Assembly (NCBI GenBank): GCA_951406725.2
Contig: OX597827.1
Span: 22,940,001 to 23,004,000 of the forward strand
Length of the DNA stretch: 64,000 nucleotides
Direction: 5' to 3'
Source: Octopus vulgaris
Lineage: Eukaryota
This document shows, in pieces, positions 13,020 through 25,815 of this stretch (position 1 is its first letter; each line of letters opens with the position of its first letter). A program made the position numbers and the translations under genes. The notes beneath the pieces were generated by a model. That model saw only the letters and a list, made by a program, of their open reading frames with translations, searched no databases and had not been told where the DNA came from.

Positions 13020-13345
13020 TAACTTATCAGCAAAGACATTCCTCTCTGGAACTTTGTTGCAACCATATCAAAGATCTCTCTATTTGATTAGAGATTGGAG
13101 ATGCTGCTAACGATACCTGTGACCAGGTTAATGATTGCAGTTGGAGGGTGGCTGGAATGTTTATGAATGAAAATGTTTCCTCATTGTTTTCTTTCTTTGT
13201 AGGGCTAGTATTTACCCATCCTGAGACCTGGGCTAACATCCAGGTAATTGACCCCAGTTAAGTTGGTGGTGACAGTTATACAGAGGCCAAACTCGTTGAA
13301 AAAGTTAACGCGATTCTCCCTAAACTTGCTCATGCTGAAGCTGCT
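13020..13345 (-). mobile_element. Penelope-like element RT C-terminal fragment
   Basis: Conceptual translation FGLCITVTTN..VNYLDVS..GKY*PYK..FIHKHSSHPP..REIFD matches the PLE thumb region (VNFLDV...YxPYxK...YIHxxSNHPP). Confidence 0.7.
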
Positions 13346-13733
13346 CACACACACACACACACACACACACATCACATTTGATTTTCTTTTCCTCTTCCAT
13401 TGGATGGGTTATTCTGCTTCTTCCTGACAAAGATTGTAGTCGTAGGCACATCTGGCAAGGTTTGTTATGGAATTCCTTGGCAGCCTATGGTCGCTTGGGT
13501 TTCACTCAGGCACTGTGGAATGGTCCAGTTGACCTGTACGATACTGAGGCACATTTCTTTGCATTACTTTAGCTTTTAACATGTGTGTGTGTGTGTGTGT
13601 GTGTGTATGTCTACCTGTCTATTTCTATGACTTATCTAACTTTGATAACTAACGTTTTTTCCTTTTTCTTTCTTTTTTCTCAACTTCCCTTGCAACAATC
13701 TCTACTACCACCATCAATACTACAACTACTGCA

Positions 13734-13783
<50 letters not shown>

Positions 13784-14123
13784 ACACAACTACCACCATT
13801 ACTACTGCACACCACTACCACCACACATTACATCATAAATTTACAACTTCTCAACTATGCACCACCACCACCACCATCACCACAAACCACCACCACTACC
13901 ACCACAAACCACTACCGCCACCACCACAAACTACCACCACCACCACCACCACCACCACCACCACCACCACCACCACAAACCACCACTACCATCACAAACC
14001 ACCGCTGCCAACACCACCACCACCACCACCACCACAAACCACCACAAACCACCACAAACCACAACCACCACCACCACAAACCACCACCACTACCACCACA
14101 AACCACCACTGCCACCACCACAG

Positions 14124-14406
14124 ACACATTACAAAAGCCATTGACCCAATACGTCAGTTCCACCAATACCAATACTCCTTCAGCCCTTCCCGACAGCTCC
14201 AGCTGGGCTTACATTGCAGGATTGAAAGCTTCAAATCTACAGACCTGAATGTGCTGGCGCAAGAACAAGGCTGCCTGATGGACCGAGAATCAACCCCAGG
14301 TGGCAATGCCCTGCACAGAGTAATCAGAAGAGTGAAGAGTTCAAATCACCATGGTAACACACTTCAGAAAGTTATGAAGAGAGTGAAAGAGAAGCTAAAC
14401 AAATAA
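14124..14406 (+). CDS. KNDC1: KNDC1-like terminal coding exon (HITKAIDPIRQFHQYQYSFSP...KEKLNK*)
   Basis: First AG after a long AG-free stretch. Phase 2 restores MR-HITKA. RasGEF C-terminal FxxxxYxF motif. TAA at 14404-14406. Confidence 0.87.
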
Positions 14407-14989
14407 ACACACTATCATCATCATCATCATCATTGTCTGTTTCAGTTTTTGATTTTGGTTTTAATATGTTCTCTGCTTGTGAAGCAGCGAGCTGGTGGAA
14501 TTGTTAGCGGTCAAGTAAAAGTGACCAATAGAATGAGTAGAAGACGAATACTGGGGTTGATTAGTTTGACTAAAATCCTTCAAGGTAGTGCCCCAGTATG
14601 GCCACAGTCAAATGACTGAAACAAAAGATGCTGGGGAAAATGCTTGGTGGCCTTTTGTCCGTCTTTTTGTTCTGAGTTAAAAATTCTACCAAGGTTAACT
14701 TAGTCTTTCATCCTTTTGGTGGGGTCAAGGAAATATGCGCCATTTGAGTCCTGAGGGTCAGTGTGATTGTCTTACCCCTCCCTCAAAGTTGATTGACTTG
14801 TGCCAAAATTTGAAACCAATATGCTCTGTTTATACTTTTTTAATGTATTAACCCAAAGAATAATAGCCACCGTTAACTACAACACTGCTTCTCAAACACT
14901 GAAGTGTGATGGAATTGAGTGCCACCAGAGGGAGCTAGGTGCATGGTGAAAATAAGATTATACAAAAACAGGAACAATTCCAGACAGAA

Positions 14990-16560
14990 CATGCTCACTT
15001 CATTTCTTCCAGTTTTCTCATTTCCTCTGCATTCAAGGCCCACATTTCTATACTATACAGCATTGTAGTTCTAACACAAGCATTATACTGTCTGCCCTTC
15101 ATTCTATGAAAAAAAGACCTTTGTTGCCAACAATGGTAGGAGTTCCCGGAACTTTTTTCCATCTATTCTTATACTGGCTACCATACTTTCAGAACAATAC
15201 CTTCTCCTGCCAGGGAATAAAATCTATTAACTTCAAGTAAGCCATTCAAACATACAAGATATTCTATTTCTGGTCGTCTGTTTATGCATCTATCATAAGC
15301 AGACCCCTGATGCACTGTATCTATCATTTATGAAGCTGGTGTCCTCTGCTAGAGTCTGCCAGTGATTCCACTACATCTCTTGTGTCTCCCTAGTTTACAT
15401 TGGGTACAGTCTATGGAGTTTAAACCTCCTCTTTTCTTGCATATTGAGCAAGGTCACTTCTCCTGAAGACACTAGGGTCCTGTCTTCTTTCCCACTTGCT
15501 AAAACCTTTGTCATTGTTAAGTTAACCCTCAAGCCTCTCAACTCTAGCTTTAGTTTCCCTACTTGGAATTTTCTCTTTAGTTTCCCGATAGATTCAGCTA
15601 TATTGTCCCTCTGTTGGATCCACATTAGGTAGATTCTCCTGCTTCCATGTGTTCTCTACATTTAGCAGTCTTTCATAGCGGCACTTCCAGGCCTCTTTCT
15701 TTGTAGAGTCCGTAACTTCAAGTGATCCATTATCCATGTGAATGCACAATTTCCACTGACATGGTTTTGCAATTCAAAGCACCTTTAGACCTTATGCAAC
15801 AGAACATCGACAGACTTCTTTCTTTCTGGCTAAATATACCAGTTTCCTAGCTTTCCTTCCAGCTACCTGATATAGTTCTCTGCTACCAACTCTTCACTTG
15901 AGGAGGACTTTACGTTCACAAGCGACTATCTTTCTTGCTTTCTGGTGAGAATGTAGTCAATCTGGCTTGTATGGCCACCAGATTTGTAAGTGAACAGGTG
16001 ACTGGGTGGTTTCCTGAAGTTAGTATTGTAGATCGTAAGGTTGTATGCCTCACAGAACTCCAACAGCTTAGTTCTCTCCTCATTAGGGGAACTGACTCTG
16101 TAGCCTCCATGTATCCCATGGAAGCCACCCAGATATTGCTCAACATGTCACCAACCACAAAGAGAAGGTCCCTGTCATTTGTCAACAAGATAGTTTGCAA
16201 AAAGGGAGTCATACAATGGATTTTTCTATTTGTCTGGCAACCTGATTGAGGGGCAAAGACCTAAATAATAGTTGCTGTTCCACTTTGCAAAATTAGTCTA
16301 AGCCTAGATATCCTATCACACACACACTGACTGCTTCAATTGCCTTCTCAACCTATTTCTGACCCTATCACTTTTACTTACCTAAATGATTTCATAATCA
16401 TGTTGTTTGCCCGTGAGGAACCTGGCTGAAGCACCCCTCCACCTTACTTCTTGAACGCAATACACATCTACATGCCTTTGTTCCAGCATCTTGACAATCT
16501 CACCAGACCCACCTTTCAATGTGTCCATATTGATTGTGTGAACTCTAATGGTGAGGAAAG
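14990..16560 (-). mobile_element. Old, internally deleted RTE LINE
   Basis: VDVYCVQEVRWRGASARFL endonuclease motif and GLRVNLxxTKVL RT segment, homologous to the element at 19617-23085. Confidence 0.85.
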
Positions 16561-17101
16561 GAACAGAAGCATGAGGGGGAACATTCTGCATCTGAAAAGG
16601 TTTGCATGGATGTTTGCCACATATATCATATAAGTTCATATAAGTTTCATATAGGTTATCCTGCATTTAATTTCCTCTCATACATTCACTTCACACTTTG
16701 CACGTCTACCAGAAGAAGAGGGTGTAGTAAACACTATTGCTTAGACAAAACAAAATAAAATAGAGCTGATAATTAACACTGAAGCAAATACACTTGTCTT
16801 TTTATCAATGCTAGAAATACCATTTTTATGTTGTAGTAGCACTGTCACTGCGAGTGGTCTGATGTCAGTGGGAAGGAGGGGTAGCAGGAAGAAGAGAGCT
16901 TTCTGTGCACATTTCTGATATGGAAGGAAGGTTCCAAGAGAAAGTCTGCCGGTATAGGTGGTGGCGATGGGATGGGAGGGAACACCATGGACTACCCAGA
17001 CACAAGATAGAAACTTCTGAAAAACTGAAACTTGTAAAAAGGGAAACTTCTAAAACACAACAGACAAACTTCTAACAAAATCAAATGAGAAGGCAGGATA
17101 T

Positions 17102-17137
<36 letters not shown>

Positions 17138-17149
17138 GATGTATATATA

Positions 17150-18294
17150 TATCTATAATATAAATTGGACATGGACGATCATTGTATTCTTTCTTGTGTT
17201 GAGGTTCACAGCCAAACAGCTGGGTGGATTCACGTGAAAAATGGCATACATGTGGAAACAGGTGCATAGATTGGAATGCGATTTGTATTTTTTTACTAGC
17301 CCCCATAGTTACCGAGAAAATCGATTAAAACCTTTTCTAATGGAATTCCCCCAGACTATGTACAAATTTGTTCTTCACAACTCCTCAAGCTGTTTTCTGA
17401 CAGGAGTAGGGGGAATCAGAAAATATTTATACAGCAGACTAAGGTAACACTTTTTTTACTGGTCAAGAACCCCGAGAAGAATTCTTGCAGTTCCAAGCAA
17501 TACTGATTTGGGTAGATGCTCTACCTTCACACTTGCACCAATCTTTTTCAGCCGTGTTGATAGTTGAATGCTGATAATTCCAAGTGCACCAATTACTATT
17601 GGTATCACGTCTACTACTCTCTTCATTGACCACAACCATCGTATTTCCCACTTTAAATCATCATAGTTATTTATTTTTTCTTCTTCTTTTACATCGACCC
17701 TGTTATCATCGGGGCATGCTACGTCAATTATTATGCATGTTCTTTCTTTTTTATTCACCACAACAATGTCCGGATTCCCATATCTGGTCAGGTGATCACA
17801 TCCCACAGGATTTCGCAATTCTCATTTTTAGTGACACTTTCTGGAGTTTGCTTATACTACGTCTTTGTTCTTCATAGGCTGTGGTTTCCACAGAACTCCC
17901 AATGGATCATTCTTGCCACATTGTCATGGTGTCTCTCATATTCGTGTTGTGTCAGTTTTGAGCATTTGCTAGCGGTGTGCCATACCGTTTCACCACACAT
18001 TCTGTGTTTGTTGCTATTGGTAGTGTTGTCTATTCTACACTTCATATAATTTGGTCCTTAATGCTTGTTCCTGAGCTATGTATATGAGTGCTTCGATCAC
18101 TATCTTCAGGTCACTCCTTATCCATAGCCACTGGTCCTCAGTATCTGTCTTGGCGTTCACATCTCAAACTGACCATACATTTTCTTTTCCTTCCATGGTC
18201 TTTCCTTTTTTTTGTTCATTTCTTCTTTAAATTTTTCTTTAGTTACATAATTTTTAGTGTTGATGACACTGGCCTTCCTCGTGTGTTTCAACAG

Positions 18295-18297
<3 letters not shown>
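17150..18297 (-). mobile_element. R4/Dong-like non-LTR retrotransposon 3' part (CCHC knuckle + restriction-like endonuclease)
   Basis: HRMCGETVWHTASKC...HDNVARMIHWEFC, then PDIVVVNKKERTCIIIDVACP...EKINNY..L...PIVIGALG. Confidence 0.8.
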
Positions 18298-18355
<58 letters not shown>

Positions 18356-18356
<1 letters not shown>

Positions 18357-18857
18357 CTTCTTTCTTCAAATTTTCTTCCGTTTCTCGCCGAGTGTTTTCC
18401 GTACACCTAGAGCAGAGAAGCTCATTGTATGTATTCTCAGATTACACATGCAAATTCACAGGTAAAATATCTATTTAAAAAATTAATAAATAAATAAATT
18501 CATGAATGGATGTTGTTTTCACAGCGATAATGCTCTCTCAGTACATGAGCCGTTCCAGTTAACATGATTTTTTGCACTTCCTGTAGGGATGGTAAGCCTA
18601 GTATCATTTTCAAATAGGTTTCGTACCTTTTTTTTTTATCATTCCTAGAGATCCTACAATCACTGGTACGGTAGTCGCCTTGACATGCCGCATTTTTTTC
18701 AATTTCTATTAGCAAGTCTTTATATTTACTGATCTTGTCAAATTCTTTCGCCGCTATATTGTGATCGCAAGGAATACTCATGTCAATTAATAAACACACC
18801 TTTTTTGTTTGATCTTTTATAATAATATCCGGCTTATTAGCTTTTATAGTTTTGATA

Positions 18858-18858
<1 letters not shown>
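18356..18858 (-). mobile_element. Second 5'-truncated R4/Dong-like fragment
   Basis: KPDIII...CLLIDMSIPCDHNIAAKEFDKISKYKDL, an RLE motif. Confidence 0.78.
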
Positions 18859-18910
<52 letters not shown>

Positions 18911-19219
18911 GTTATTATTATTATAGTTCAGCTTATACTGGTCATGTTGTGTGCTTGCTGTACTTTCAAAGAAAAATAACCTAATTTTGATCTTGATTGT
19001 TATACCTATCTGTAGTAGTGAGGTAGTCAGACAGGGGTGAGGGATGGGTGGGGGGAGACAGACAGACAGACAGTAAGCTGAAAGGAGAAGAGATAAAAGT
19101 ATTTTCTAAATCTGTTAACTTGTGCATAAATCCATTCATTAAATTTACACATACCCTAAATTCTCATTTTCCAGTGACCTCAATCCATTGTTGCTTGTTA
19201 ACATAAAAATTCTTAACAT

Positions 19220-19615
19220 TGGCACAGGTGTGGCTGTGTGGTAAAGAAGCTTCCTTCTCAACCACATAGTTCTGTGTTCAGTCCTAAATATCTTCTACTA
19301 AAACACTGAGCCAACAAAAGCCTTGTGAGTGGATTTAGTAGACAGAAACTGAAAGAAGCCCATTATATGTGTGTGTGCATGTGTGTGTGTCTTTGTGTCT
19401 GTGTTTGTCCCCCATAACCACTTGACAACTTGTGTTGGTGTATTTACATCTCCGTAACTTAGTGGTTCAGCAAAAGAGATTGACAGAATAAGAATCAGGC
19501 TTTAAAAAAAGTACTGGGAGTGGGGTGGGGTTGATTCATTTGACTAAAAACTCTTCAAGGAGATGCTCCAGAATGACCACAGTCTAATGACTGAAATAAG
19601 TAAAAAGATAAAAGA
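19220..19615 (+). mobile_element. Abundant tRNA-derived SINE (GGCTGTGTGGTAAG...GAAACTGAAAGAAGCCC...). Other copies at about 1040-1180-, 3505-3590+, 3935-4225-, 23335-23690-, 24610-24720+, 38710-39050-, 48280-48510-, 59600-59765-, 63195-63570+
   Basis: Multiple near-identical copies within the window, with a Pol III box-like head and an internal (CA)n tract. Confidence 0.85.
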
Positions 19616-19616
19616 T

Positions 19617-22600
19617 AATCATCATCATCATCATCATCGTTTAACGTCCGTTTTCCGTGCTAGCACGGGTTGGATGGTTCAACCGGGGTCTGGGAAGCCA
19701 GGAGGCTGCACCAGGCTCCAGTCTGATCTGGCAGTGTTTCTACAGCTGGATGCCCTTCCTAACGCCAACCACTCTGTGAGTGTAGTGGGTGCTTTTTATG
19801 TGCCACCGGCACAGGTGCCAGGGAAGTCTGGCAGTGGCCACGATTGGTTGGTGCTTTTTACGTGCCACTGGCACAGAAGCCAGTCAAGGCGGCACAGGCA
19901 TCGGCCACGTTCGGATGGTGCTTTTTACGTGCCACCGGCACAGAAGCCAGTCAAGGTTGTGCTGGCATCGGCCACATTTGGATGGTGCTTTTTACGTGCC
20001 TCCGGCACAGGTATCACAACTACTATTTCCATTTGATATTTATTTCGATGTTCATGTACTTGACTCAATAGGTCTCCTCAAGCACAGCAGGTTGTTCTGA
20101 AATCCAAGGTACTTTGAATGGGCTGGGGCTATGCAGAACTGGTCCAGGAAGCAGCCCGGGTCTTTGCAGTCACAGCATATCTCCAGAGATCTCGGTCCTT
20201 CGTCATTGCCTCCGTGAGGCCCAACGCTCTAGGTCATGCTTGACCACCTCATCCCATGTCTTCCTGTGTCTACCTCTCCCCCTGATACCTTCAACTGTTT
20301 GGGAGCGGCACTTCTTCACACATCTCTCCTCATCTATCCACAGTACATGACCATACCATCACAAGCATTGCTCTTGCACACCACATCTGATGCTTCTTAT
20401 GTCCAGCATTTCTCTCAGGGTGCTTACACTCTGTCGTGAGTGCACACTAACATTACACATCCAGCAGATCATGTTAGCTTCATTTCTTTCAAGTCTACGC
20501 ATGTCCTCTGCAGTCACAGCCCATGTTTCACTACTGTGAAGCATAGCGGTTCACACACATGCTTCATACAATCTACCTTTCGCTCTGAGTGAGAGACCCT
20601 TTGTCGCCAGTAGGGGTAGGAGCTTTCTAAACTTTGCCCAGGCTATTCGTATTCTAGTGGTGACTCTCTCTGAGCATCCACCTCCACTACTAACTTGGTC
20701 ACCTAGGTAGCGGAAACTACCAACTACTTCTAGTTTCTCCCCCTGAAGTGTGATGGAATCTGTTTTCTGAGTATCTGTGGTGTCTATTGTCTCTGTGCAT
20801 CTGCCGCACATGAAAGCTATCTTATCAGTTAACTTCCCTTTGATGTTGCTGCACCTCTTATACGTCCATAGCTTACACTGGGTACATCTTATGGAGTTTC
20901 TACCTACACCTTTCCTACAGATTGAGCAGGGCCACCTGCCTGAGGGTGTGTGTGATGAGTTCACCTTTCTGCTTACTATAACTTTGGTCTTTGCTACATT
21001 TACTCTAAGGCCCTTTGATTCTAAACCTTGCTTCCACACCCGAAATTTCTTTTCTAGTTCCGGTAGTGATTCTGCTATGAGAGCCAGGTCACCAGCATAG
21101 AGAAGCTCCCAGGGGCAACCTGTTTTGAATTCCTCTGTTATTGCCTGGAAGACTATGATGAATAAAAGGGGACTGAGGGCTGAACCTTGGTGGACACCTA
21201 CTTCTACCAAGAATTCTTCACTATACTCATTGCCAATCCTAACCTTGCTGACAGCCTCTCTGTATAGGGCCTGTACAGCCCTTATTTGTCATTCGTCAAT
21301 CTCCAGTTTCCGCATCGACCACCAGATAAGGGATCGGGGGACCCTGTCAAAGGCTTTCTCCCAGTCCACAAAAGCTATGTAGAGGGATTTATCTTCAGCT
21401 AGGTATTTCTCCTGCAGTTGTCGAACCAGGAATAAGGCATCAGTGGTGCTTCTACCTGGCACAAAACTGAACTGCATCTCATCTAAGCAAATTCTCTCAC
21501 TAATGACCCTCTCTGTGACCTTCATCACCTGATCCAACAGTTTAATACCCCTGTAGTTATTTCTATCTAGAGCATCACCTTTACCCTTGTAGCAGTTGAC
21601 TACGGTGCTGCTATGCCAGTCATTGGGTATGACTCTATTATGAACTACCTGGTTTACAATGCGGGTGACTAGGCCATAGCCCACACAACCAGCTGTTTTA
21701 AGCATCTCAGCAGTGATTCCTGATGGACTGGGGGCTTTCCTGGTTTCATACCCTTAATTGCCTTAACTACTAGGGAGCTGTCTATTCGGATAGCTGGTCC
21801 CTCTACTGGGTCAACATTTGGCAGGCTCTTCTCCTCCCATTCATTCTCCACATTCAGCAGTCTCTCATAATGGCTTCTCCAAGCTTTTTTCTTTTCAGAA
21901 ACATTGAAAGCAAGTGCACCATCATCCATGCGAACGCATTTCTCTCCTGTAACATCACTATTTTCTCTCACACGCTTTCTAGCAATCCAAAATACCTCAG
22001 TTCTTTGGTCCTCACGTCACTGGACATTGGCAAACTTCCTTTCTGCTTCATCTTTGGCTATGTATACCTGCCACCCAGCCTCCCTTTTGGCTACCTGGTA
22101 CAGTTCCCTGCTACCCCCATCCCTCCAGGCTTTCCAGGCCTGTTTCTTTGCTCTAATGGCTTTGTCTACTGTACTATTCCACCACCATGTAACTCTAGGT
22201 CTGGAAGGGACTTTGCACCATCCACAGACTTGGTCTGTGGCACTCAGCAAGCTGTCCCGTAGGAATTTTCAGCTACCTTCTATGTCTGACATCTGTAGCT
22301 CCTCCTCCCTCTCATAAAATTTCTTGATGAGGATGTCCCTAAATCTCTGACCATGTGAAGGGTTCTTTAGCTTCCAAATCCTTCTTTTCTGGATTGGTCT
22401 GTTTCTTGGTATCCTTCTGGCCTCAAGCCTAAAGTCACTAATGATTAGCCTATCCTGAGGGGTACATTCTTCACCCCGGAGGGTCTTTATATTTAAGAGC
22501 AACCCTGCATCACGCTGTCTTGTGAGGATGAAGTCTATTTGGCTAGCGGAGTCCCCTGACTGATAGGTTATAAGGTGGCAGTCTGGCTTCCTGAAGTTAG

Positions 22601-23085
22601 TGTTGCAGATTAAAAGGTTACATGCATCACAGAATTCTAGTAGTCTAGTTCCCTCATCATTTCTGGTGCCAATACCATGGCCACCGTGTACCCCAGTGAA
22701 GATACCCGATTCCCGCCCAACATGCCCATTAAAGTCTCCAGCCACAAAGGTGAGGTCCTTGCCACTTGTCTTTGAGGTAGCCTGTAGAAGGGTATCATAA
22801 AAGTGGTCCTTCTGATAATTTGGTAGCCCTGCATGTGGGGCATAGGCAGAGATAATCGTAGCTGTGCCGTTCTGTAGGACTAACCTGAGCTTGAGCACTC
22901 TATCGCAAACCCTGACAATCTCTATGACCTTATCCACCCATTTCTCCGCAAGGAGAATGCCTACACCCCCTACACCATCCATGTTACCTTGCCAGAAGAC
23001 TTTGTACCTATGTGCCTTGACTGTGAGGACCCTAGCAGAAGCACCTCTCCATCTTACCTCCTGTATGCAGCATACATCAACCTGT
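19617..23085 (-). mobile_element. Near-full-length, 5'-truncated, frameshifted RTE-clade LINE (APE endonuclease + RT + PHD-like finger, (GAT)n tail)
   Basis: ORFs 22269-22982 (GDFNGHVG, SQIDFIL), 21289-21705 (NYRGIKLL, FVDxEKAFDRVPR) and 20551-21210 (GVHQGSALSPLLF, YAGD in place of YADD). The 3' UTR ends in GGACGTTAAACGATGATGATG. Confidence 0.95.
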
Positions 23086-23105
23086 CTTCTTTATGTATAT
23101 ATCTA

Positions 23106-23210
23106 CTGTGGTTCACCTATTACGGTTCACCGATCACGGTTTACCTATCATGGTTCACCTACTATAGCTCACCTATCGTGGTTCACCTATTGTGGTTCAC
23201 CTATCACGGC
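23106..23210. repeat. 14-nt minisatellite (GGTTCACCTATCAC)x~7
   Basis: Direct reading. Confidence 0.9.
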
Positions 23211-24014
23211 TTATTATTTAAGCTTACATCGATTCCTCCTTGGTGTTATTTTGCATTTATAATAAAATAAATATATACAAACTATAAAAATAATAAAAAA
23301 AGGTTAAAGGTTATATTACATGTCATTTAACCCTTTGTCTGTCTTTGTTTCAGTCATTAGACTGTGGCCATGCTTGGGCACTGCTTTGAAGAACTTTTTG
23401 TTAAACAGATCAATCCTAGGGCTTATTTCTTTTAATGCCTGGTACTTATTCTATCAATCTTTTTTGCTGAACTGTTAAGTTACAGGGATGTAAACTCACC
23501 AACATAGGTTGTCAAGCAGTAGTCACACACACACACGATGGGCTTCTTTCAGTTTTGGTCTACCAAATCCATTCACAAGGTTTTGGTCAGCCAGAGGTTA
23601 TGGTAGAAGACACTTACCCAGGGGCCACTCAGTGGGATTGAATCCAGAACCATGTGGTTGGGAAGCAAGCTTCTTACCATACTGCCACAGGTTTGACCCA
23701 AGCATCCATGCTTGTTTTCAGACTTGAAGCTGGCCCCTGATTTATACGTTGTGAGTTATATGAGGCTTTCCTAAGTCCCAAATTACTCAAAGGGTTGAAA
23801 AGAATTGGCAACGTGTATCATAGATAATGCATGGACACCAGAGGAAATATGTCCAGTGTATCACAGGAGATACACAGAGTAGGAAAAGGGTTAAGTTCTT
23901 GTTTAGTCCCAAGTTACTCCTGGTTTCATAGACTAATGATCAAAGGCATTCCAGCCATAACCATCCTGTCTATTTGTATATCTTTGGCTGATGTGTATTT
24001 CTACTGTTCCTTAA

Positions 24015-24224
24015 CCCTTTCGTTACTGTATTTCTGTTGAAATGCTCTGTGTTTCTTTCAATTACTTTAAATATAACAAAGAATTTAGTAAATTAACTTC
24101 ATTATCATTAAGCTAGTGTTAAGAACATGAATTGTGGCTAAGGTTTGGTGGAAGATTTTAATTCAAAACTTATGAAAACAAGACATTTGTACTTAGAGCC
24201 AGAGCTGGGTTGGTAACGAAAGGG
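24015..24224. mobile_element. piggyBac-type MITE family A (second copy at 62749-62970)
   Basis: TIR CCCTTTCGTTAC/GTAACGAAAGGG, with TTAA on both sides in both copies. Confidence 0.88.
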
Positions 24225-25169
24225 TTAAGATGGTAAAATGTGATTTGAGGGATATTTGCTGGTATTTCTAACAGGTTGAGTATTTCCATGCTATCCTTCT
24301 CTGACTCACATACTATCTGTTTTAGAGAGCAACCCTGCGGAAGCTCCCTTCTTGCTTGTTCAAAAGGATTGTTATTCTTTTGAAATACTTTATCAAATTG
24401 CAAACATCTACCAAACTGCAAATTAACTCTGGATGAGAGAGAAATTTCACTATGGAAAGGAAGTTCTAGTCATTAGCAGGTCGTAGCTTTATACAATGAA
24501 CAATTTGAAACCAACCAGCTGAATGCAATAAAACAGTCACCAACTTCACAGTGCTCCCACCGTTTAACAACAATGAATTCTACAACAAGAGAACCTTTAT
24601 AAGCTTGCTTGTTCAGTCTCATTGTGTGGCACCTTGGGCAAGTATCTTCTACTATAGCCTTAGGCCAATGCAAGCCTTGCGAGTGCATTTGGTAGATGGA
24701 AACTGAAAGATACCCATCATATATATATATATATACATGCCATGTAAAAAGTGTCCAGTACTCTCTGTAAAGTGGTTGGTGTTTGGAAGAGTATCCAGCT
24801 GTAGAAACCATGCCAAAAGAGGCTATGGAGCCTGGTGCAACCCCATCTTTAAAATGATGATGGTACAAAAATAGATGTGATGGTCATGGCTAGAATACCT
24901 CCTCACTGAATATCTCTTACACTATCAATACATGCAACCATCCATGTTCCTTGTTACATTTACTATTAAACGTGGTTGACTGACTGAAACATTAGAACAC
25001 CAGACAAAATGTCTTGTGGTATTTAGTCATATCCATTTGCTCTGAGTTCAAATCCTGCCACGATTGACTCTGCTTTTCATCCTTCTGGGGTTAATAAAAT
25101 AAAGTCCCAGTCAGATGCTGGAAGGTGGGGTGGAATAAATGCTTGTTCCCTCCCTGACCATGTTCTTTC

Positions 25170-25815
25170 TCTCTTGAACTGCCATGTCCAGAATCTAAAA
25201 CACAGACAGTCATGTCCTGTCATAATTCTCTGTTCTTTGTTTTCCGTAACAGTTCCACTTCCTGATGGTCAATGTCTCTCTTCTTCCAACCAGTTCATCA
25301 AGCTTGACATCCACATCATCCTTCTCCTTCCTCTGCTTCTTTTCCCATCAATCTTTCCTGTCATCACTAAATTCTTCAGGCCTTCTCTCATCACACAACC
25401 AAGAAATCTTTGGCCCTTACAAATCAGTTCCCTATTTACTGCCGCCTGGGTCATCACTTCTTCGTTAGACACTTTGTCTCTCCATGCTATCCTTCTTATA
25501 TCCTCTCCAGAACCACATTTCACAACTCAGCAAGCCCCTTCTCATTTCTGATGTTATAGACCATTCCTCAATTCCATACATTAACACAGAATAGACATAA
25601 CAGATCAATATACTTTGGGTCTAAGTTAGAAACCATTTTATTACTGGTATTTATATTACCCCTCCCCTCCTTGTACCTGCCAAGGTGTATGTGAGGGGGG
25701 AAAGAGTAGCTTTGAAGGGACCGTTTGTCCACAGCAGAATTTGGACTCAAATATACCTGGACAGAAGCAATAACACTGGGAGGTTATTCATTAGTCTGGT
25801 AGTTAATTAGTCCAG
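25170..25815 (-). mobile_element. LINE (RTE-like) 3' fragment plus adjoining sequence
   Basis: RRIAWRDKVSNEEV...RFLGCVMREGLKNLVMTGKIDGKRSRGRRRMMW. Confidence 0.7.

Noticed and set aside
21085-21100. YADD>YAGD as a trace of A-to-I editing before retrotransposition
   Set aside because: A single A>G change, with no cluster evident without a consensus. Ordinary decay explains it.
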